This document shows positions 7,616-12,980 of a stretch of 12,980 bases of DNA, one piece after another. Position 1 is the first letter of the stretch. Each line of letters starts with the position of its first letter. Source of the DNA: Erysipelotrichaceae bacterium OH741_COT-311. Its GTDB lineage: Bacteria > Bacillota_I > Bacilli_A > Erysipelotrichales > Erysipelotrichaceae. Both the position numbers and the translations under genes were made by a program. The stretch is from contig RQZE01000015.1 of assembly GCA_003858585.1 (NCBI GenBank), forward strand, positions 1 to 12,980, read 5' to 3'. Under the pieces are notes generated by a model. That model saw only the letters and a program-made list of their open reading frames with translations, ran no database searches and was not told the origin of the DNA.

Positions 7616-7998
7616 TGCAGGTTAAAGAATTATCAGGAAGTGCACTTGCTTATCTTGGAGATGCGGTATGGTCGCTTTGGGTTCGAGAACATCTTCTTTT
7701 GAAAGGCTATCAAAGGGCAGATGATTTGGCAAAGAAGGCAGTGGCTTATAATAGTGCCAAAGGACAAGCTAAAATTGTACATGCTTTGATGGAACAAGCT
7801 TTTTTGGGTGAAGAAGAACTTGATATATATAAGCGTGGACGTAATCATAAAAGTAAGTCGATTGCGAAAAATGCGGATGTGATTACGTATCGCACGTCAA
7901 CGGGTTTTGAGGCATTAATTGGTTATTGGTATCTAGCAAAGAATCAAACACGTATTCAACAGGTTATGGAGATTGCTAAGGAGGTGGTTGGACAATGA
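7615..7998 (+). CDS. mrnC: Mini-ribonuclease 3
   Basis: LAYLGDAVWSLWVREHL and STGFEALIGYWY motifs, about 127 aa. TAATG overlap with the cysS stop. The cysS-mrnC-rlmB order is as in B. subtilis. Confidence 0.85.
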   Translation: MQVKELSGSALAYLGDAVWSLWVREHLLLKGYQRADDLAKKAVAYNSAKGQAKIVHALMEQAFLGEEELDIYKRGRNHKSKSIAKNADVITYRTSTGFEALIGYWYLAKNQTRIQQVMEIAKEVVGQ

Positions 7999-8693
7999 TT
8001 ATTTATGGAAGAAAACCGGTGTTTGCAGCACTTGAACAAGGGCGCATTAAACAGTTGTATCTTGTAAAGGGTAGCTCTTTTAGCATTGCCCAAAATGTAG
8101 CGATACAGTATGTCAGTAAAGATAAATTAGATGAAATGGCTAACCATGGCAATCATCAAGGCATTGTAGCAGTAGTAAAAGACTATCAAACACATCCACT
8201 ACAAGAACTTACAAGCGGAAAGCATGGCTTGATTGTGATGTTGGATGGGTTAGAAGATCCACATAATTTAGGGGCTATTTTAAGAACAGGAGATTGCATT
8301 GGAATTGATGGAATTATCTATAAGAAACATCATGCGGTTTCTTTAAATGCGACAGTGGCAAAAGTTTCCACAGGGGCAATTGAAACCGTTATGGTGTGTG
8401 AAGTAACCAACCTTACACAAACCTTAAAGGAACTTAAAAAACAAGGATATTGGATTGTGGGAACCGATGTGGAAAAAGCCAGTGATTATCGTAGTTATGC
8501 CTATGATACCAAATTAGTGTTAGTGATTGGATCAGAGGGTAAGGGCATCTCTCGTTTGGTGAAACAAGAGTGTGATTATCTTGTAAAACTACCGATGGTA
8601 GGGACGATTCAGTCTTTAAATGCCAGTGTAGCGGCTGGAATCTTGCTTTATCATATCTATGACAAGCGTCATCCGTTTATCGGAAAAAAATAG
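7995..8693 (+). CDS. rlmB: 23S rRNA (guanosine-2'-O)-methyltransferase, SpoU/TrmH family (YacO-like)
   Basis: DPHNLGAILRT, LVIGSEGKGISRL and SLNASVAAGILLY SPOUT motifs. AAGGAGGTG RBS and ATGA overlap with mrnC. Confidence 0.85.
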   Translation: MIIYGRKPVFAALEQGRIKQLYLVKGSSFSIAQNVAIQYVSKDKLDEMANHGNHQGIVAVVKDYQTHPLQELTSGKHGLIVMLDGLEDPHNLGAILRTGDCIGIDGIIYKKHHAVSLNATVAKVSTGAIETVMVCEVTNLTQTLKELKKQGYWIVGTDVEKASDYRSYAYDTKLVLVIGSEGKGISRLVKQECDYLVKLPMVGTIQSLNASVAAGILLYHIYDKRHPFIGKK

Positions 8694-8763
8694 ACAAAAA
8701 CAAAACAAAACAGAAAAAAACTCCCTAGTGTCTTTCGGTAAGATAAAGAAGGGGGTTTTCTTT

Positions 8764-9396
8764 ATGGAATATTTAAGTAATGAAGAAATCAAAGCGTTGT
8801 TGGTATTAGCACGCAAACAGGATGAACAAGCCGTCAATAAGATTATAAAAAATTATAATCGTTGTTTATGGAAGATCATACATAGTTGTTGTAGTAAGTT
8901 GTATGTGCGTAGTTGTGATTATGATGATTTGTATCAAGAAGGGGTATTGGGTATTTTGGCTGCCATTGAGCATTACAAAGACAATGAGGATACTACATTT
9001 ACAACGTATGTATATTTAATCTGTACAAGACGTATTCATAAGCTAGTGAGTAGTAATTATAAGCTTTATACGACGGAACGACAGCTATCTTCCTTAAAGG
9101 TGGAAGATGAGAGTCGTATCTATAATGTAGCAAGTGATGATGTAAGTGTTAGTGAGCAAATGCATCAGCGCTTAAAGATGGATATTTTAAAGAAGGTTAT
9201 GTTAACGTTAGATGATAAGGAGAAGCAAATCATTTATTTATATTTAAGAGAAAAGACGTATAAGGAAATTGCAGAACGTATGATGTTAAATGTAAAACAG
9301 GTAGATTATCAAATACGTAAGTGTAAATTAAAGTTGTTAGATGCGATTAAGGCATTACCGCTTAATGAAGTAGAGGGTGTGTTTGAACAGTTGTGA
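8764..9396 (+). CDS. sigH: Sigma-70 family RNA polymerase sigma factor, SigH-like by position
   Basis: Region 2 (YDDLYQEGVLGILAAIEHY) and region 4 HTH (KTYKEIAERMMLNVKQVDYQIRKCKLKL). Located after rlmB as sigH is in B. subtilis. The start is set at ATG 8764 behind AAGGGGG, because the track start at 8659 overlaps rlmB and adds a low-complexity K/N/Q leader. Confidence 0.65.
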   Translation: MEYLSNEEIKALLVLARKQDEQAVNKIIKNYNRCLWKIIHSCCSKLYVRSCDYDDLYQEGVLGILAAIEHYKDNEDTTFTTYVYLICTRRIHKLVSSNYKLYTTERQLSSLKVEDESRIYNVASDDVSVSEQMHQRLKMDILKKVMLTLDDKEKQIIYLYLREKTYKEIAERMMLNVKQVDYQIRKCKLKLLDAIKALPLNEVEGVFEQL

Positions 9397-9401
9397 AATA
9401 T

Positions 9402-9434
9402 AAAAGAATTAACGTATTTTACGTTAATTCTTTT
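9402..9434. terminator. Bidirectional rho-independent terminator between convergent genes
   Basis: Perfect 15-bp stem: aaaagaattaacgta (9402-9416), loop ttt, tacgttaattctttt (9420-9434). The A-run and T-run at the stem ends allow function on both strands. Confidence 0.8.
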
Positions 9435-9438
9435 ATGT

Positions 9439-10038
9439 TTATTTTATTAAGTTTTTGTAGATGTCGATTAACTCTGTTTTTTGTTCATCGTTTACTTCTT
9501 CTTGTGTGTTGATGTTGAAACTTGGTACTAGGGCAAGATGTCCGCCTGTAATGGTTCCGTTTTTAACCCCTAAAACAAGTGGTACATATAAATCACCATC
9601 TTTTAAGAATGGTTTTGTTTTTTCAACGAAGGCTGTATATTCTTCATCGGTAATTGGTTGTGAAACATCTACGTAATAGAATGTTCCTTCTTCACTGCCT
9701 GCAAGTTCGTTGTAAACTGGCATCGCTTTTTGACACCACGGGCATCCTGCATAACCTAAAAATACCCAGTAAGTATCTTGATCTGTACCAAGTTTTTCTG
9801 TTAATGCAACAAGTGATAAAGGTTTTACATTTGATTGGGTTTTTACAAGGTCATAGCTTGCTAAATCGACATATTCCATTATTTCTACGGGAGTAGTTGT
9901 TTCGGTTGTCTCCATGTTTGTTGTTTCCGGTAGCGTTGTTGTTTCCACTTGTGTGGGTTGTGTTTCTTCTTTAACCGGTTTGCTTGAACATCCTGTTACA
10001 ACAAGTGCCAATGTAAGTGCTAATAATAATTTTTTCAT
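9439..10038 (-). CDS. Thioredoxin-fold lipoprotein with CPWC active site
   Basis: Lipoprotein signal MKKLLLALTLALVVTGC (lipobox VTGC). T/E-rich linker ETTTLPETTNMETTETTTP. Motif WVFLGYAGCPWCQKAMPVY (CPWC encoded at 9733-9744). AAGGAAG RBS 7 nt before the ATG. Confidence 0.8.
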   Translation of the reverse strand: MKKLLLALTLALVVTGCSSKPVKEETQPTQVETTTLPETTNMETTETTTPVEIMEYVDLASYDLVKTQSNVKPLSLVALTEKLGTDQDTYWVFLGYAGCPWCQKAMPVYNELAGSEEGTFYYVDVSQPITDEEYTAFVEKTKPFLKDGDLYVPLVLGVKNGTITGGHLALVPSFNINTQEEVNDEQKTELIDIYKNLIK

Positions 10039-10066
10039 GTTCTTACTTCCTTTACTTATCGTATAG

Positions 10067-10075
10067 ATTTTATCA
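10067..10075 (-). promoter_or_regulatory. Candidate extended -10 (TGaTAAAAT on minus strand) for the lipoprotein gene
   Basis: The reverse complement of 10067-10075 is tgataaaat. The predicted +1 is near 10060, giving a leader of about 22 nt that contains the RBS. Confidence 0.4.
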
Positions 10076-10272
10076 TAAAGAAATCGATTTAAAAATACAA
10101 CTTTGATGATTTATTATAACGATATTGCGTACCAAATAGAGGATACAAGCGATTGATAACCTATTCTGCATTTTTGGTTCAAACGTAATTTTTATTATAT
10201 CATTTAAAAAAATATTTATAAGGCTTTTAAAAAAAATAAATTTACGTTAAAATAAAATCAAAGAGAAAAACA

Positions 10273-10451
10273 ATGATTAAAAAGTGTTGCCAACCATTTC
10301 TTTAGCTTTGGTATTGATTGTATCTGGTGCAATGCTTCTTATTTCAAGGAATGTTAGTGGTGGAAGATGCATGAAGACAGTAATCACAACATACATAAAT
10401 TCTAATTATACAGGTTATGTAAAGACCTATATTCAATGTACAAAATGGTGA
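10273..10451 (+). pseudogene. Possible small secreted two-Cys peptide, frame-broken at an A5 run (or GTG/TTG-initiated from 10284)
   Basis: ATG 10273 (MIKK) stops after 10 codons. The -1 frame from GTG 10284 reads VLPTISLALVLIVSGAMLLISRNVSGGRCMKTVITTYINSNYTGYVKTYIQCTKW, ending at TGA 10449-10451. One extra A in the run 10279-10283 would join them into a 59-aa ORF with a canonical K-rich n-region and hydrophobic core. It is below the track length cutoff. Confidence 0.3.
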
Positions 10452-10456
10452 ATGAA

Positions 10457-10675
10457 ATGAAAATAAAGGATTTAATAGCATTTGTAGTTTTTATCATTAT
10501 TACACTAGTTCTTTCCAATATACATTATAAGTTAATTCCATTGGCATTGGTTGGATTTATGAGTTATCTTGAACTAAAGGATTGGAAAAAAACAAAAAAA
10601 TATCTGCTTTGGTTTATAATTATAAGTAATGTTATTTTTATAATCATCATATTTCTAAATTATTTTTTCTGGTAA
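10457..10675 (+). CDS. Small hydrophobic membrane protein (about 3 TM segments), unknown function
   Basis: MKIKDLIAFVVFIIITLVLSNIHYKLIPLALVGFMSYLELKDWKKTKKYLLWFIIISNVIFIIIIFLNYFFW. GGTGA (10447-10451) lies 5 nt upstream of ATG 10457. Alternative in-frame starts are at 10436 and 10445. Very AT-rich, with no recognisable family. Confidence 0.5.
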   Translation: MKIKDLIAFVVFIIITLVLSNIHYKLIPLALVGFMSYLELKDWKKTKKYLLWFIIISNVIFIIIIFLNYFFW

Positions 10676-10699
10676 TCAAATTATCTCATCCATAAAGTT

Positions 10700-10728
10700 A
10701 AAGTGTCACTTAGTGACATTTTATTTTT
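10700..10728 (+). terminator. Rho-independent terminator candidate
   Basis: tgtcac (10704-10709), loop tta, gtgaca (10713-10718), then ttttattttt. The stem can be extended through a G-U pair and A-T pairs. Confidence 0.55.
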
Positions 10729-10858
10729 CTCAAAAAACGTCAAAAATAAAACACAAAAAACGATAAGAAAAAACGAACTCCTTTGTGCAATACCATTTCG
10801 ATAAAAGATTGTCTATAACTTAAAGATTTGTTATTTTCTTTTTCTTGTTATTTCGCGT

Positions 10859-10864
10859 TATAAT
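10859..10864 (+). promoter_or_regulatory. Candidate -10 box TATAAT upstream of fda
   Basis: Perfect TATAAT about 87 nt upstream of ATG 10951. Only a weak -35 (T-rich) lies at 17 nt. AT-rich DNA makes chance matches likely. Confidence 0.3.
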
Positions 10865-10950
10865 AAAAATAGAAATAATCTTACCGTAATATACGATTTC
10901 CTAGTAATCAAACTTACAACTAAGTTTACATAAGATATAGGAGGTGACGT

Positions 10951-11841
10951 ATGAACTTAGAACAATTAAAACAAATGGAATCAAACAAAGGCTTTATTGC
11001 AGCATTGGATCAATCAGGTGGTTCTACTCCTAAGGCGTTAAAGGCGTATGGAGTGGATGCTTCGGCGTATCAAAGCGAAGAAGAAATGTTTGATTTAATC
11101 CACCAAATGCGTACACGTATGCTTACATCAAAGGCGATGAGTAGTGAAAAGGTGATTGGGGTTATTTTATTTGAACAAACCATGAAACGTAAGGTGGAAG
11201 GTCTTTTTACTGCAACCTATTGTTGGCAAAAGAAGGGCATTGTTCCATTTTTAAAAGTTGATAAGGGACTTGCGGATGAAAAGAATGGTTGTAAATGCAT
11301 GAAGGAATTTGACGGATTAGATGCATTATTAAAAGAAGCGGTTGACTATGAAATCTTTGGTACAAAGATGCGTAGTGTAATTTATGAAGCAAATCCGGAA
11401 GGAATTAAAGAAGTTGTAGAACAACAATTCGCATGGGCAAAGAAAATTGCAGGTTATGGTTTGGTGCCAATCATTGAGCCGGAAGTAGATATTCATTGTC
11501 CGGATAAAATGAAGGCGGAAGATCTCTTAAAGATGGAGTTAGTTAAACAGTTAAATACTATTCACTTTAAGGTAATGTTAAAACTAACGCTTCCAACAAA
11601 AACCAACCTCTATGAAGATGTAAGTAAACATCCAAATGTAGTACGTATTGTAGCGTTAAGTGGTGGCTATAGTCTTGAGTTAGCCACTGATTTACTTGCG
11701 AAAAATAAACATGTAGTGGCTTCTTTCTCTCGAGCTTTGGCTCAAAATTTAAATGTAAATCAAAGTCAAGAAGAATTTGAAGAAGCGTTAGGCAATGCGA
11801 TTGCGATGATTTATGATGCTTCTGTTCATAAAAGACCTTAG
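10951..11841 (+). CDS. fda: Fructose-bisphosphate aldolase, class I
   Basis: Near-colinear with staphylococcal-type class I Fda: [80 protein letters not shown]. Strong RBS AGGAGGTGA. Confidence 0.92.
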   Translation: MNLEQLKQMESNKGFIAALDQSGGSTPKALKAYGVDASAYQSEEEMFDLIHQMRTRMLTSKAMSSEKVIGVILFEQTMKRKVEGLFTATYCWQKKGIVPFLKVDKGLADEKNGCKCMKEFDGLDALLKEAVDYEIFGTKMRSVIYEANPEGIKEVVEQQFAWAKKIAGYGLVPIIEPEVDIHCPDKMKAEDLLKMELVKQLNTIHFKVMLKLTLPTKTNLYEDVSKHPNVVRIVALSGGYSLELATDLLAKNKHVVASFSRALAQNLNVNQSQEEFEEALGNAIAMIYDASVHKRP

Positions 11842-11851
11842 GGTCTTTTTT
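11830..11851 (+). terminator. Rho-independent terminator after fda
   Basis: aaaagacc (11830-11837), loop ttag (contains most of the stop codon), ggtctttt (11842-11849), with the T-run to 11851. The GC core is short. Confidence 0.55.
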
Positions 11852-11882
11852 ATAGGAAACACATGGAATCATAGGCTAGTAA

Positions 11883-11911
11883 TTGACTATCGGTACTATG
11901 TGTGTTAAAGT
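11883..11911 (+). promoter_or_regulatory. Sigma-A-type promoter candidate for rpmG-secE-nusG
   Basis: -35 TTGACT (11883-11888), a 17-nt spacer, and extended -10 TGtTAAAGT (TG 11903-11904, hexamer 11906-11911). GAAAGG at 11923-11928 precedes ATG 11940. Confidence 0.5.
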
Positions 11912-11939
11912 TTAGTGTGCAAGAAAGGTTGTTTTAATT

Positions 11940-12095
11940 ATGGCGAAAGATAATCGTGTGATTTTAACTTGTACCGTTTGTTTATCTCGTAATTATTCAA
12001 CTTTGAGAAATAAACAGACGCATACACAGCGTTTAGAACTAAAGAAGTTCTGTAAAAAATGTGGACAACATACGATCCACAAAGAAACAAAATAG
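11940..12095 (+). CDS. rpmG: 50S ribosomal protein L33 (Cys4 zinc-ribbon form)
   Basis: Not in the supplied ORF track (51 aa). My translation is [51 protein letters not shown], ending at TAG 12093-12095. It has the typical L33 length and CxxC...CxxC pattern. It lies immediately upstream of secE-nusG as in B. subtilis. Confidence 0.88.
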   Translation: MAKDNRVILTCTVCLSRNYSTLRNKQTHTQRLELKKFCKKCGQHTIHKETK

Positions 12096-12104
12096 GAGGA
12101 TATT

Positions 12105-12290
12105 ATGTTAAAGTGGTTTAGCATTAGCGGTATTATGAAAGAAATCGGAAGAATTCGTTGGCCGAAGATGAGTGAGCTTTCATTAAATTCATTGGAAGTG
12201 ATTATCTTTACAGCGTTTTTTGGACTATTCTTCGTAGCGTGTGAATTTATCATTACGCATTTACTAAAAGTAACAGGAATTGGTGGCTAA
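12105..12290 (+). CDS. secE: Preprotein translocase subunit SecE
   Basis: 61 aa with EIGRIRWPKMSEL followed by a single TM (VIIFTAFFGLFFVACEFII). AGGAGGA RBS. Located between rpmG and nusG. Confidence 0.88.
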   Translation: MLKWFSISGIMKEIGRIRWPKMSELSLNSLEVIIFTAFFGLFFVACEFIITHLLKVTGIGG

Positions 12291-12291
12291 G

Positions 12292-12837
12292 ATGAGTGAA
12301 AGTAAAAGAGAGTGGTATGTAGTAAATACCTATGCAGGGCATGAGAATAAGGTAAAAGATAACTTATTACGTCGTGTTGAAACAATGGGTATTTCCGATT
12401 ACTTATTTCGTATAGTAGTTGCCGAAGAAGCTGAGATTGAATTTAAAAACGGAAAACCGATTGAAAAGATGCGTAATTTATTTCCGGGGTATTTATTCGT
12501 AGAAATGATTATGACGGATGATGCATGGTATGTTGTGCGTAATACGCCTGGGGTTACCGGGTTTATCGGATCAAGTGGTGGTGGTGCGAAACCATTCCCG
12601 GTTGCGCAAGAAGAAATTGATTCTATCTTAAGACGTATCGGTCAAGGGGAACGTAAGGTAAATGTTGACTTTACGATTGGTGATTCTGTAAAGATTTTAT
12701 CTGGTCCTTTTGCCGGTATGGAAGGTACTGTGGATGCGATGAATGATCAAAGTCAAATCGCAACGGTATTAACGATTTTGTTTGGTCGTGAAACTCCGAC
12801 CGACATTGGATATAACGATTTAGAAAAAGTATTATAA
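12292..12837 (+). CDS. nusG: Transcription termination/antitermination factor NusG
   Basis: NGN motif REWYVVNTYAGHENKV and LFPGYLFVEM. KOW motif GDSVKILSGPFAGMEGTV. ATG 12292 lies 1 nt after the secE stop, whereas the track start at 12280 is a TTG inside secE. Confidence 0.92.
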   Translation: MSESKREWYVVNTYAGHENKVKDNLLRRVETMGISDYLFRIVVAEEAEIEFKNGKPIEKMRNLFPGYLFVEMIMTDDAWYVVRNTPGVTGFIGSSGGGAKPFPVAQEEIDSILRRIGQGERKVNVDFTIGDSVKILSGPFAGMEGTVDAMNDQSQIATVLTILFGRETPTDIGYNDLEKVL

Positions 12838-12844
12838 GCATTGA

Positions 12845-12869
12845 AAACGTAGGGCGTCTACGTTTTTTT
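12845..12869 (+). terminator. Rho-independent terminator or attenuator after nusG
   Basis: aaacgtag (12845-12852), loop ggcgt, ctacgttt (12858-12865), with the T-run to 12869. Confidence 0.7.
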
Positions 12870-12980
12870 ATATAGAAAAACAACGCCATAGTGGCGTGGG
12901 TAAAGATGAGCTTAAGCGATGAACAAAAAAGTCCTTCTTATGCTAAACTTTGAATAAGCCAGCCAGCTTACAAAGAAAAG

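Noticed and set aside
8659-8763. N-terminal extension of the sigma factor, plus the ACAAA-type pentamer tract (about 8694-8720)
   Set aside because: The extension overlaps rlmB and translates a CA/A-rich low-complexity tract (KNRQKQNKTEKN). A good RBS (AAGGGGG) precedes ATG 8764. The tract itself is only 3-4 imperfect pentamers and is probably spacer DNA.
10273-10290. Programmed -1 ribosomal frameshift at the lysine codons AAA-AAG
   Set aside because: The sequence is T-AAA-AAG, with only five A residues, not the A-AAA-AAG slippery heptamer. I saw no stimulatory SD-like element at the right distance or downstream structure. A homopolymer indel, either a mutation or a sequencing error, is the simpler explanation.
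10284-10451. Class IIa (pediocin-like) or double-glycine-leader bacteriocin assignment for the small peptide
   Set aside because: There is no YGNGV box. The segment before the GG is strongly hydrophobic, which fits a Sec signal and not an amphipathic double-glycine leader. No C39-peptidase ABC exporter is nearby. It is kept only as a generic bacteriocin-like hypothesis.
2580-12889. Antisense or alternate-frame track ORFs: 2580-2861(-), 3277-3465(-), 3456-3743(-), 5307-5561(+), 5965-6195(-), 6228-6473(-), 6745-6936(-), 7633-7848(-), 8616-8837(-), 9461-9676(+), 9654-9896(+), 11207-11392(-), 11567-11872(-), 11993-12253(-), 12671-12889(-)
   Set aside because: Each lies wholly or largely inside a well-supported gene, either on the other strand or in another frame. 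They have no RBS and give low-complexity, non-protein-like translations. They are shadow ORFs of the kind expected in AT-rich DNA.
12870-12980. Hairpin acgcc-atagt-ggcgt (12883-12897) and a 15-codon mini-ORF (ATG about 12906) downstream of nusG
   Set aside because: This is probably part of the untranslated leader of the expected downstream rplK-rplA genes. I cannot match it to a known ribosomal-protein leader by eye. The mini-ORF has no convincing RBS, and the window ends before the context can be judged.
1-12980. CRISPR arrays, tRNA/rRNA genes, transposases, integrases, toxin-antitoxin or known defence-system genes
   Set aside because: I found no spaced direct repeats, no cloverleaf-like or rRNA-like segments in the intergenic regions, and no ORF with recombinase, nuclease or defence signatures. 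Every long ORF is accounted for by the assignments above.

Overview
AT-rich chromosomal segment of a low-GC Bacillota-type bacterium. It uses genetic code 11: TGA is a stop at 1518-1520, 6065-6067 and 9394-9396, and Trp is TGG. Finer taxonomy (possibly Erysipelotrichia-like) cannot be established from the sequence alone. Most of the window is tightly packed plus-strand housekeeping DNA in two blocks that match known Bacillus subtilis gene orders. Block 1 is a YabE-like 3D-domain protein, then rnmV, rsmA(ksgA) and ispE. Block 2 is cysS, mrnC, rlmB and a sigH-like sigma factor, then rpmG, secE and nusG. Three stretches interrupt this backbone. (a) A stand-alone asnA unit with its own candidate promoter and terminator. 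(b) Directly upstream of cysS and overlapping it, a large membrane protein reading HTH_XRE, one TM segment, seven RCC1-like propeller blades, an Fn3-like domain and a PASTA-like tail. It is translationally coupled to a 76-aa GYF_2 mini-protein. This is my best candidate for an undescribed module. (c) About 2.5 kb between sigH and rpmG holding a minus-strand CPWC thioredoxin-fold lipoprotein, a very AT-rich stretch with a possible frameshifted two-Cys secreted peptide plus a small 3-TM protein (bacteriocin/immunity-like), and a class I fructose-bisphosphate aldolase. rpmG (51 aa) is absent from the supplied ORF track and was found by eye. I saw no rRNA, tRNA, CRISPR array, transposase or integrase. 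All family assignments rest on motif recognition by eye and gene order, not on database searches.
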